Source: Mustelus asterias
Taxonomy: Eukaryota
Direction of reading: 5' to 3'
DNA: 64,000 nt
Assembly (NCBI RefSeq): GCF_964213995.1
Contig: NW_027590205.1
Location: forward strand, 372,001 to 436,000
Shown here: in pieces, positions 47,871-60,300 of the stretch
How the letters are laid out: each line of letters begins with the position of its first letter
Numbering within the stretch: the first letter of the stretch is position 1
Made by a program: the position numbers and the translations under genes
The notes under the pieces: model-generated
Database searches by the model: none
Seen by the model: only the letters and a program-made list of their open reading frames with translations
What the model was told of the DNA's origin: nothing

Positions 47871-48623
47871 ATTTCCGGGGATGGAATCAGAGGGGATGGC
47901 GTCTATTGGGGATAATGCATCATCGAAATGGAGTCAGTGGAGTAGTGTTAATTCGTGCAAAGCGGACAGTTTGAAGCAGAGAGTCGCTGTGTGTTCATCA
48001 GAAAACGGAGTGTGTGCGTTTCTAACAGAACATGGGGGCAAAACATCTATTTATGTGTTTAAGAGAAATTGAGAAGCGGGAGTCTCTGTATCAGATTAAA
48101 CCGAAATCTCTGGGACCATTTCCAATAATCTCCGTTTATCTGTTGTTTCAGATTGACCCCAGGATCTCCGAATTTCTGCGTGTTTTCCCCTAGTATATCT
48201 CATAGGCCCCAATTGCTGACAATCATTGGAAATGTGTACTCGTTGCATGTTTTTGCGGAAAACATCCCAGTCTCTCATGGTTAATACCCAACTGTTCTAA
48301 CCGAGTTTTATATCTGGCCGGTTGCAAACCTGGCTTCGAACTATTTAATCGGGCAATGGGGAGAGAAAATTGCTCTGATAACCTGTGCTGCAGCGATCTT
48401 TGCAGTGTTAGGGTGGGACAGTGCAAAATAAACTTTCTTCTCCCATATACTGTGCTGTATCGGCCTTTGATGAAGCAGAGCCTTTGTTGTTGAGAACTAC
48501 CCGTCACTCGACAGTGACAGAACAGTTTATGGGTGAAATCACCGAGGTTCTTCTGGCTGTTCAATCATTCTGTCTCTGGAGTTCATCGGAAAAAGGCAGC
48601 GGTAAAGCTGTCGTTAGACGGAT

Positions 48624-48642
48624 AGGCCGCTAGATGGCGCAG
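48624..48642 (+). promoter_or_regulatory. Predicted CTCF-binding site
   Basis: AGGCCGCTAGATGGCGCAG fits the CC(A/G)C(C/T)AG(A/G)(T/G)GGC(G/A)C consensus. Confidence 0.6.
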
Positions 48643-48779
48643 TGACTCTTTCATTGAAGAGTCTTGAGTTCAAACACATCCCAGGCAGGATTGGCGAAAA
48701 ATCCCTGTCTGGGAAAAGGGGGAAACCGTGTAATAGGGAAAATAGAGCGGTGTCGATGGGCTTTGGACACACAGTCCAA

Positions 48780-49340
48780 AGAGACACGCAGATGCAGAGA
48801 GACACACAGATACAGAGACAGACACACAGATACAGAGAAAGACAACAGATGCAGAGAGAGACACACAGATCCAGAGAGAGAGACACACACAGACGCAGAG
48901 AGAGACACACACAGATGCAGAGAGAGACAAGGAGAGAAAAATTGCAGAGAAATAGACAGAGAGAAATACAGAGAGACAGACAGACAGAGAAAAATATAGA
49001 GCGAGACAGAGAGAAATACAGAGAGACAGCCAGATACAGAGAGACACACAGATACTGAGAGAGAGAGACACACATATACAAAGAGACACAGATACAGAGA
49101 GACACACACAGATACAGAGACAGACAAGGACAGAGAAATACAGAGAGAGAAAGGCAGAGAGAAATACAGGGAGATACAAAGAGAGAAATACTGAGAGAGA
49201 GACACACACAGAGAAATACAGAGAGCGACACACAGATACAGAGAGAGAGACAGAGAGAGAGAAACTCAGAGAGAGACATGCAGATTCAGAGACAGAGATA
49301 AAGTGACAGAGAGAAAGAGATAGAGAGAGAAATACAGAGA
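48780..49340. repeat. Compound (GA/CA)-rich simple repeat
   Basis: gagagacacacagatacagaga-type units over ~560 bp. Confidence 0.92.
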
Positions 49341-49494
49341 AGCTGTTTGGACTGCAGGCTGAAAACAATGTTTTTTTGTCTCTGTTCCTGGTGTTGGAAA
49401 TTCTGCTGTGGGTGGCTGGTTAGCTGAAAGCTAGAGCAACTAATGTTTCTGCCTCGAATTGTGCTAAATGTTCCAGGGCCAGAAAGCCTCCGGG

Positions 49495-50440
49495 TTTCCC
49501 GATGACACAAAGATTGGCCAGGTGGTTAACAATGAGGTTGAGTGTCTTAGGTTACATGAAGATATAGACGAGATGGCCAAATGGGTGGATAAGTAGCAGA
49601 TGGAATTAAACCCTGAAAAATGAGAGGTGATGCGCTTTGGAAGGAGTAATTTGACAAGGAAATATGCTATGAAAAGCCCGACACTGGGAAGTTCCGAAGA
49701 ACAAAGGGACCTTGGCGTGTTCGTCCATAGATCTCTTAAGGCGGAAATGCAGGTTAATTGGGTGTTGAAAAAGGCACATGGCACACTCGCCTTTATCAAT
49801 CGGGGTCTAGATTACAAAAGCAGAGAGGTCATGATGGAGTTGCATCGAACTTTGGTGAATCCACAGCTGGAGTACTGCGTGCAGCTCTGGTCGCCACATT
49901 GTAGGAAGGATGTGAAAGCACTGGAGGGAGTGCAGAGGTTATTTACCAGGATGCCGCCTGGGATGGAACATGTACGTTATAAAGAGAGGCTGTATAGGCT
50001 TGAGTTGCTTTTGTTGGAGCAGAGAAGTCTGAGGGGCGACCTGATTGAGGCGTTGGAAATTATGAGGGGCATGGACAATGTGGATGGAGAGTAGCTGTTC
50101 CCCTTAGTTGAAAGGTCAGTGACGAGTGGACATAGGATAAAAGTGAGGGGTGGGAGGATTAGGGGAGATTTGAGGAAAACGTTATTTACTCAGAGGGTGG
50201 TGACAGTCTGGAATGCATTGCCTGGGCGGAGGGCAGAGGGGTGGGGGTAGAGGCGGGATGACTCACATTCTTTAAAAATTACCTGGATGAGTACTTGGCA
50301 AGCCAGAACATTCAAGGCTATGGGCCAAGTGCTGGCAAGTGGGATTAGGTGGGCAGATCAGGGCATTTCTTCCGTCATTGCAGACTCGATGGGCCAAAGG
50401 CCCTCTCCTGCACTGCAGTGTTCTGTGATTCTGTGATTCT
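49495..50440 (+). mobile_element. Degenerate 5'-truncated CR1
   Basis: DDTKIG, QRDLGVFVHRSLK, PQLEYCVQLWSP, (ttctgtga)n tail. Confidence 0.88.
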
Positions 50441-50860
50441 CTCTCAATTCCATTTCCACAGGACTAATTCGCAGCAGGTGTTACGAAACTGCAAAATGCT
50501 GCATCGTGTGAGCATACTTGCTTAATTTGCTCAGCCTTGAACAGGATATATGGTTGTGGGTGCTGTTTAGTTTGGGACAGTATATTTAGCTGTTGAGGCT
50601 TATCCAAGATCATGGTTGTTTTTTTTTTGTAATTGGTAAAAGTTATGCTGATTTCTGTATTATCTGTTAACTGTGTACTTAAGTAAACTTTGTTTGGTAA
50701 AAGGTCCCTTGAGGGACATTTGGATCCTACCTCGAGCGAAATATTTTATGCTTATCCGTGCCAAATTCAAGGTGCAAAACTTCTGCTCTGGGCTGACTTC
50801 ATAAAACACCTTGGCGCTTCTGGCCCGGATTATAACAGCTGAATATAAAGTGTTCAGAAG

Positions 50861-51576
50861 TGTCACAACCCCATCTTATGTTACTACTACTGGTTGGAAG
50901 CTTACAGGACTTTACGTTTTTCTTTTTTCTTAGATAACATGAGGAACAGAGTCATTGGACTGCTAATAATTTTTTAACAGAAAAAGCATTTCTTAAACAT
51001 TAAACGTTTGATTATAGTACAATACTCTTTTACTCCCCTCTCAGCTTCACAAATGCGTACTGTTTTCAAAGGTAACACCCTACTCTGAAATTAAATGGCC
51101 TATGCCAATCAACCAATCTTTAGTGGTTTTCTCCTCAAACTCCCTCCAGATGATTGTCACATGAGTATTTTCAATCTCAGAAAAACTGACGCTTTCCATC
51201 ATTCATTAACAATTACTCCATTGTATGGCTTTTTATCCAGCAAAACTGAGAGAGCTGTTCGCTCTCTAGCTTTCCAAAAGCAAGTGTTGTTAAGTTATCT
51301 AAAAATGACACCCGAAAGGTGCACCTGGTTTGTCAGCAAAGACTTTTACTTCTCCCAACTTGTTTACTTGTTATGTTTTACCCTCTTGAAGCACAGGAGA
51401 AACACAGTTTGAACTGACCAAAAATCCCACAGATACAAACACCCTTGTCCATCATGAATCCAGTTAGAGGTTTTTTCCTCTTACACAGAAACACTAAATT
51501 AAACCCACTTAAAACTATTCCTTACTTCTACTATTGAACAATGCAAATATTGATCATTACCGCTGTTTTCCTGACA
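50861..51576. mobile_element. Possible solo LTR
   Basis: TGTCA...TGACA termini with imperfect 4-bp flanks GAAG/GTAG. Confidence 0.35.
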
Positions 51577-52682
51577 GTAGTAAACTGGAAAAACGAACAG
51601 CAGACACAGTTGTTCTGTTGTTCAACTCAATTCCAGCAGGGATCTGGCTGAGAGTCAGATGGAGCATTGCAGCAAGAATAAGAAGAGCGTTAGTGTGATG
51701 AAGCAGCCTTTTTTGAACCCATCTGAACATGAATTGGGTCTGTGGTGGTTCCGTTGATCAGGATCGCAGCTTCCATGTCATCGTGGAGCAGATGGATGTT
51801 GGGGAAAAACCTTTGGAGGAGTCAAGGTGGAGGATAATTTTCCATAATCCCTGGCGATTAAAAGTGTGAAAGGGCTTTGTGGGGTTACAGAAAGCCACAT
51901 ACAAAGGTTGACGCTGTCATCTGCAGATGCCGCACAGTGAAGATCATATCCGTTGTACACCTGAGTGGCCGGAATCCACGTCAGGTCTCTGGGAGGAGCG
52001 CTGCAGCCACAGGGAGAAGACGATTAAGGAAGATTCTTATGATGATCTTCCCTGTGGCTAATAGCAGGGAAATTCCTCTGTAGTTACAGAAGTCAGACTT
52101 GTCACCTTTCTTGAAGATGGTCATGATTGTGGTGTACTTGAGATCTCCTGGCACGTTTTCTTCCTTCCGGGGAATGGAAGTCAGGTCGTGTATTTACAAC
52201 AATAGTGCTTTTCCGCTATGTTCTAATTCTTTAACAGGGACTTCATCTGTTCAAGATGGCTTGTTGTTCTTTAGCTGTTGAATGGCCTTTTCTACCTTGT
52301 TCCGGTTATGTTTGTGCTGAGATGGTCATGGATAGCATGTTGTGGAATGGAGTCAAGGACACGCACGTTGAAGATAGAATCTGTGTTAAGGAGGCCCTTC
52401 CAACGGGTGCTCACTGCTTCCATTTTCTTGATGAACATCTCCCCCTTCTTGGCCAACAATGGAGTGGAACCTTGGGTACTTGGGCTGCAGGTGATCTCAA
52501 CTGCGGTAAAGAAACCCTGGCTATCACAGTTGCCAGTTAACTGCTGGATCTCCTGCTCTTTCTCCACGCAGCATCGATTCTTCAAGTCTTTTTTTTATGG
52601 AGGTTAGGCTGTAGAGCTACGTTTTGTTCTCGAGTTGTGCTGCTCCTGCAGGTTCCGAAACGCCTTGACCTTAATGCTGAGA

Positions 52683-53005
52683 ACCATAGAATCCCTACAG
52701 TGCAGAAGGAAGCCATTCAACCTAATGAGTCTGTACTGACTCAGCACCTTAAACAGGCCCACTTCAACCCCGCCATTTTCAGTAACCCCACTCAGTTTCC
52801 ATGGCCATTCGACCTAACCTAGAGAGCTTGGGACACGGATGGCAATTCAGCATGGCCAATCCACTTAACCTGCACATCTTTGTATTTTGGAACGAAACCA
52901 CAGCACCCGGAGGAAACACACACAGACATGGCGAGACTGTGCAAACTCCACACAGACAGTCACCCAAGGCCGTCCTCGAACCTGGATCCTTGTGCCACTC
53001 TGCGC
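52683..53005 (-). mobile_element. HE1-type SINE
   Basis: Body and tail motifs. Confidence 0.8.
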
Positions 53006-53199
53006 CCTTACCAGCTGCTGGATCTCCGATCGTTCATTCAGCAGTCTTGGTGTTTCCTGGCCAAGTGACCAAGCGTCTCTTTGGAGGTCTTGAGGGCGGA
53101 ACAGGCGCTGTGGACACTCTGCATCTCTGGGTCACCAGGATTCATCGGGTTGTCAGTGGGGTGTTGGCTAAATAGGGCTCTCTCAGCAAAGTTTTTTTT

Positions 53200-53500
53200 A
53201 AGTTTAATTATTAATGTCACAAGTACGCTTACATTAACACTGCAATGAATTTACGGTAAAAGTTCCCCAGTCGCCACACTTCAACTCCAATTCGAGTACA
53301 CTGAGCGAGAATTTAACTTGGCCAATGCACCTAACCAGCACGTCTTTCGGGCTGTGGGCGAAAACCGGACCACCCGGAGGAAAGCCACGCAGACATGGGA
53401 AGAATGTGCAGACTCCGCACAGACAATGACCCAGGCCGGGAATTGAACCTGGGGCCACGGCGGTGTGAGGCAGCAGTGCTAACTACTGTGCCACTGTGCC
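53200..53500 (-). mobile_element. SINE with HE1 head and alternative tail
   Basis: HE1 head and body; tail ...ttcattgcagtgttaatgtaagcgtacttgtgacattaataa, shared with 25726-25910. Confidence 0.8.
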
Positions 53501-54368
53501 TCGCCTGAGCGTTGTTTTTTCTGCGGTATTGGTTCTGTTTCTGTCGCTGCTTTGGCCGACATTGATGCTGATCACAGAGCGGATTGCACAGCAGTTTGCC
53601 CGGCAGTCTTTGGCTCCTGCCATGGCGGGGATGATAGCGCACGTCCTTACGGTCGCTCGCTCAGACAGTGACATAGTTGGACAGGTTTCAGTTGGAAATA
53701 GTGTGTCGCCATGTATCTCTGACGGAACAAGGTGTTGGCTGTGACAAGGCCGTGTTCCAGGCGTTTTGTCAGGAACAGGATAGAGTTGCTGGTTAATTTC
53801 ATTGTGAAATGGGGCGAAGACAATAATTTCTCCCTCAATGTCAGTAAATCGAAGGAGCTAGTCGTCAACGTCAGGAAACGTAGTGGAGAACATGTCCCTG
53901 TTTACATCAACGGTGATGAAGTGGAGATGGTGGTGATATTTCACCTTGACTGCTCTGTTGGTTCAATGGTTTATCCCTTTCTCCTTTTCTAAACATGGAA
54001 CATTTACAGCTCTCCCGTGCTCTGGCACCACTCCCATATCCAAGGAGGATTGAAATATTATGGTCAGTATATCTGATATTTCCACCATTCAGTCATCAGT
54101 CAACCTCATACATCCAACCCATACCGTGTAAATGTTTGACTTGATTGTGATACAAAATGTTTTGGATTGGAAGGAGTTAACTGAACTTGTTTGTTTAGTG
54201 AGTGTAATAAATGGCAGCCTCCATGGATCCCAACTGTGTCACTGTAGAGTTTCCCTCTTCTATTAATAAGGGATTCTTTTCAATGGGAGCATAAACTGCG
54301 GCACTCACAGCTCGAGTGATAGGGGGAGGAGAGATCAGAATCTGAGAATAGATTGGAACGTTACAACA

Positions 54369-57300
54369 ATGGATCAGAATCTCAGAACAATAGATTGGAA
54401 TCTTCCAACATTCGATGGCGATTTCCTCTTGAACATTGTCGAGCCCATTGACGTTCAGAGACCATGGGATTACCAGATCAAAGATATACTGATACGTATT
54501 CAAGAGGGATATTATCCCGTCCTGGCTATTGTTGGTGTCCCTGGTAAGTTTCTCTATCCAGTTATTTATTCTAACTGTGTCAGACTCCATTATTTTTCTG
54601 GTTATTTACACTTTGGAAAGAATGAATTCATTCTCTTCAGCTCCAGTCACTCATTACATTCCATATCCCGCGGCTCTACGCACCGCTTTGGTTGCTATCA
54701 GAGGCTGCTCACAACCTACAATCTCCCTTTGATCCTGACTGGATTTCCAACCCCATATTCTCTCCATCCCAAATACTGTCTTCAGACACCTCAATTATAT
54801 CAGACATCCCCACTTCTGCCTCAGCCCAGCCCATCCGTTGAATAAGCCTTCATCTCCGTGCTAATATTCTCATTCTTGGTTTTACTGCTGCAACTAATCC
54901 CGTTCCTCTGTCCATTCCCCAGATTCCTGCAAATCCTTCCCCTTCAGGATTTGTCCAATTCCCTGTATGAAATGAATTTCGTTCTCCCACCTGTCTGTGA
55001 TATTTACATCCACATGGTCAAAGTTGCCAGCTTAAAGAAGCTCAGAAGAAAGAGAATGATGTGGGAAGCTCTTACATTTACTTCCCGCTGCCTCCGGTGT
55101 GGTATCCATGTTGGAGGGGATGTTTTAACAGCTGTGACACATTTCTTTGTAACTTGGTCAGTACCTGTCCACTGAATGCCTGTGTTAGTCACTTTCAGCA
55201 GGGCATGTGTTCAGCAACACGAGGAACGTCCCTCGAATGTTATTTTTAAAATATATTTTCATTGAAGTTTTGGCATTTTTACGAATAATGCAACACCCTC
55301 AAACCTGGTCCAGTACAGCTTGATGATTTCCCCATATATAAACATGGAAACGGACAGGAGGAAGACAATACAGTTCATTCAGTATGTTCCTTACGCGCAG
55401 CGCCTCCACATATACAAAAAAAAGAGCAGACAAGTAAAAGCATGGGTAAAAGAGGATAAACTCAGCAGCCGCCGTGTGTACCATCTACAAGATGCATTGC
55501 AGCAATTCAACAAAGATCCTTTCACAGCACCTTCCAAACCCACGACCACTTCCATCCAGAAGGATAAGGTCAGACTGATTTGGAACGTTAACTCAGTTTC
55601 ACTCTGCACAGATGCTGCAAGAGCTCCTATGCTTTTCCTGCATTTTTTGTTTTCATTCTAAATTTTCAGTATCCGCACTGCTATTTTTTAGTATCGAGCT
55701 GGCCAGCGATCGGGAGGCTGGCAGTGCAGGCCACTTCACATGGGCCGATATCAGCACTGACAGATCGATGCACGTGCAGTGGCCTACTTATGGTCATGCT
55801 GGCGGCCTCTCTGATGGGAATACTGATTTCAGCGTGAAGCACATTTGGGCTCTCTGGAGTGCACAGAGTGTTGGCGATTCGTTTTGAAACTCCCACTGAA
55901 AACACCAGCAGGATTTGTTCCAGTTTTGCAGTGAATTTAACGCTTAGAATGTTTTTGAACAATAGCCCCCGTGATCTTTTCTGTTCTGCATTTCTAATAA
56001 TTTAAGTGCATGTTAATTTTATGGAAATCAGCTTTTCTTATTGGCGTGTCTGTGGGTTTCAGGAGTAAGTGATTGTTCCATTTCCAACGTTTTGCAATCA
56101 ATAAATGTTTATCCTATGAAAGCCTGTTTTTTGACAGTTCTCAAAAATCACTCCCCTGATGGGTTTAAATACTTCTTCTCACAATTGCATCTAATTGCAG
56201 TGAATAAGTAAAAGAAAAAAGAACAAAGCAAATTACAACACAGGAACAGGCCCTTTGGCCCTCCAAGCCTGCATCGACCATACTGCCCGACTGAACGAAA
56301 GCCCCCTACCCTTCCAGGTACCATATCCCTCTATTCCCATCCTATTCATGTATTTGTCCAGACGCCCCTTAAAAGCTACTATCGTATCTGCTTCCACTAC
56401 CTCCCCTGGCAGCGAGTTCCAGGCACCCACCACCCTCTGTGTAAAGAACGTGCCTCATACATCTCCTTTAAACCTTGCCCTTTGCACCTTAAACCTGTGC
56501 CCCCAAGTAATTGACTCTTCTACGCTGGGAAGAAGCCTCTGACTATCCACTCTGTCCATGCCCCTCATAATCCTTTATCAGGTCACCCCTCAACCTCCAT
56601 CGTTCCAATGCAAACCAAGTTTCTCCTACCTCTCCTCATAGCTGACTCCCTCCATACCAGGCAACATGCTGATGAATCTTTTCTGTACCCTCTCAAAAGC
56701 CTCCACATCCTTCTGGTAGGGTGGTGACAAGATTTGAATACTCTATTCCAAATGCGGCTTAACTAAGGTTCTGTAAAGCTGCAACATGACTTGCCAATTT
56801 TTGAACTCAATGCCCCAGCCGATGAAGGCAAGCATGCCGTATGCCTTCTTGACTCCTTTCTCTGCCTGCATTGCCACTTTCAGTAACCTGTGTACCTGTA
56901 TACACAGATCCCTCTGCTTATCAATTCTCTGAACGGTTCTGCCATTTATTGCATATTTACTATCTGAATTGGACCTGCCAAAATGCATTGCCTCACATTT
57001 GTCCAGGTTAAACTTCATCTGCCATCTCTCTGCCCAAGTCACCAACCGATGTATATCCCACTCTGTCATCTGATGGTCCTCATCACTATTCGCATATCCA
57101 CTAACGTTTGTGTCGTCTTCAAACTTACTAATCAAACCAGTTACATTTTCATTCAAATCATTTATATATATTACGAACAGCAAAGGTCTCGCACTGATCC
57201 CTGAGGAACGCCACCTGTCACAGCCCCCTATTCAGAAATGCACACTTCCACTGCTACCCTCTGTCTTCTATGACCGGCATGATGTGGAGATGCCGGTGTT

Positions 57301-60300
57301 GGACTGGGCTAAACACATTAAGAAGTCTCACAACACCAGGTTAAAGTCCAACAGGTTTATTGGGTAGCAAAAGCCACTAGCTTTCGGAGCGCTCGCTGCT
57401 CCTTCATCAGGTGAGTGGGAATTCTGTTCACAAACGGGGCATATAAAGACACCAACTCAATTTACAAAATAATGGTTGGAATGCGAGTCTTTACAGCTCA
57501 TCAAGTCTCAAAGGTTCAGACAATGTGAGTGGAGAGAGCATTAAGCACACGTTAAAGATTTGTGCATTGTGTCCTGACAGGACAGTTAGTGAGATTTTGC
57601 AAGCCCAGGCAAGTCGTGGGGGTTACAGATAGTGTGACATGAACCCACGATCCCGGTTGAGGCCGTCGTCATGTGTGCGGAACTTGGCTATCAGTTTCTG
57701 CTCAGCGACTCTGCGTTGTCGTGTGTCGTGAAGGCCGCCTTGGAGAACGCTTACCCGAAGATCAGAGGCCGAGTGCCCGTGACCGCTGAAGTGTTCCCCA
57801 ACAGGAAGAGAACACTCTTGCCTGGTGATTGTCGAGCGGTATTCATTCATCCATTGTCGGAGCGTCTGTATGGTCTCCCCAATGTACCATGCCTCGGAAC
57901 ATCCTTTCCTGCAGCGTATCAGTGATGCCATCATCGTGGGGGCAACCAACGCTATACACTCGATACATCGATGACATTTTCTTCCTTTGGACTCATGGTG
58001 AACAATCATTGAAACCACTATATGATGACACTGCAAGCCCACGGATAACCTCACGATGCTCCACTTCTCCAGCTTCCACCCTAAACACGTTAAAGAAGCC
58101 ATCCCCTATGGGCAAGCGCTCCGTATACACAGAATCTGCTCTGATGAGGAGGATCGCAAGACACCTCCAGAGGCTGAAAGATGCCCTCTTAAGAAAAGGA
58201 TATGGCGCTCACCTCATCAACCGACAGGTCCGACACGCCACAGCGAAAAACCGCACCGACTCCTCAGAAGACAAACACGGGACACGGTGGACAGAGTATC
58301 CTCCATCATCCAGTACTTCCCCAGAGCGGAGAAGCTACGACATCTTCTGCAGAGCCTTCAACACATCATTGATGAAGATGAACATCTCGCCAAGGCTATC
58401 CCACACCCCCACTTCTTGCCTTCAAACAGCCACACAACCTCAAACAGATCTTTTGTCTGCAGCAAACTACCCAGCCTTCAGGAGAACAGTGACCACGACA
58501 CCACAGAACCCGATCACAGCAACCTCTGCAAGACGTGCCGGATCATCGACATGGATGCCATCATCTCACATGAGAACACCATCCACCAGGTACACGGTAC
58601 ATACTCTTGCAACTCGGCCAACGTTGTCGACGTGATACGCTGCAGGAAAGGATGTCCTGAGGCATGGTACATTGGAGAAACCATGCAGATGCTGCGACAA
58701 CAGACGAAAGAACACCGCTCGACAATCACCAGGGGCAAGACTGTTCTCTTCCTGTTGGGGAACACTTCAGCGGTCACGGGCATTCGGCCTCTGATCTTCG
58801 GGTAAGCATTCTCCAAGGTGGCCTTAATGACACACGACAATGTAGAGTCGCTGAGCAGAGACTGATAGCCAAGTTCCGCACGCATGAGGATGGCCTCAAC
58901 CGGGATCTTGGGTTCATGTCACACTATCTGTAACCCCCACGACTTGCCTGGGCTTGCAAAATCTCACTAACTGTCCTGTCTGGAGACATACACATCTCTT
59001 TAACCTGTGCTTAACGCTCTCTCCATCCACATTGTCAGCACCTTTGAGACTTGACTACATGTAAAGACTCACATTCCAACCATTATTTTGTAAATTGAGT
59101 TTGTATCTTTATATGCCCTGTTTGTGAACACATCTCCCACTCACCTGACGAAAGAGCAGCGAGCGCTCCGAAAGCTAGTGGCTTTTGCCACCAAATAAAC
59201 CTGTTGGACTTTAACCTGGTGTTGTGAGACGTCTTACTGTATTCTATGAACGAGCCAGTTCTGCATCCACCTGGCCAGGTCACATCTGATCCCATGCGAC
59301 GTCACCTTCTGCACAAGTCTGGCATGAGGTACTTTGTCAAAGGCCTTACTGAAGTCCATGTACACAACATCCACTGCCCTACCCTCATCAATCATCTTCG
59401 TCACTTCCTCGAAAAACTCGATGAAGTTAATGAGACACGACAGCCCCATCACAAAACTATGTTGTCTCTCGCTAATACGTCCACTTATTTCCATGTGGGA
59501 GTAAATCCTGTCTCGAAGAATCCTCTCCAATAATTTCCCGATCACTGACGTAAGGCTCACAGGCCTGTAATTACCTGGAATACTCTTGATACCCTTCTCA
59601 AACAAAGGAACAACATTGGCTATTCTCCAATCGTCTGGGACCTCTTCGGTAGCCAGTGAGGATACAAAGATTTCTTTCAAGGCCCCAGCAATTTTCTCCT
59701 TTGACTTTCTCAATATTCAGGGATAAATCTCATTAGGCCCTGGGGTCTTGCCTACCTTAGTATTTCCCAAGAACCCCAATACTTTCTCCTTTTTAATCTC
59801 AAAATTATTCAAACTATCTGCACACCCTTTCCCAGACTCATCATCCACCAAGTCCTTCTCTTTGGTGAATGCTGATGCAGAGTACTCATTTAATACCTCG
59901 CCCATTTCCTCTGGCTCCACGCACAGATGCCCTCCCCTGTCCTTGAGTGGGCCAACCCTTTCCATTGCTACCCTCTTGCTCTTTATATATGTATAAAAAG
60001 CCTTGGGATTTTCCTTAATCCTGCTGGCCAATGATTTTCCCTTTTAACCCTTACTCCTTGCTTACGTTTCGTTCCACTTTCCTTGTATTCACACTTGCTT
60101 TGTGTCTTCCTAGCCTCGACAAATGCTTGCTTTTTCTCGTGGGCTGGGCTCACAATATCTCTCGTTGTCCAAATTTGCCAAAACTTACCATTCTTATCGT
60201 TCATCCTTACAGCAATGTGCCAGTCCTGAATCCCTATCAACTTACATTTGAAAGCCTCCCACATGCCAAGAGTTGATTTGCCCTCAAATATCTGCCCCCA

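Larger units (their letters stand above)
51700..53790 (-). mobile_element. Decayed RTE-clade LINE interrupted by two SINEs
   Basis: Reverse strand reads DMIFTVRHLQ, TIFKKGDKSDFCNYRGISLL, LEHGLVTANTLFRQ. Confidence 0.7.
57277..59241 (+). mobile_element. Penelope-like element (RT + GIY-YIG) with an inverted 3'/pLTR copy on its 5' side
   Basis: RYIDDIFFLW, CRKGCPEAWYIGET, PVGEHF; 57277-57920 is an inverted copy of ~58636-59240; TSD ttctatga(c/a)cg at 57266-57276 and 59242-59252. Confidence 0.9.

Noticed and set aside
48614-49368. Long Cys/Leu/Ser-rich and Arg/Glu-rich ORFs
   Set aside because: Translations of a GA/CA simple repeat.
50479-50837. Solo LTR (TGTTA...TAACA)
   Set aside because: Termini fit but there is no target-site duplication, so support is insufficient.
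54544-54845. Continuation of the 158-aa ORF beyond GVP
   Set aside because: Intron read-through past a consensus gtaagt donor; the GPCR resumes at 62021.
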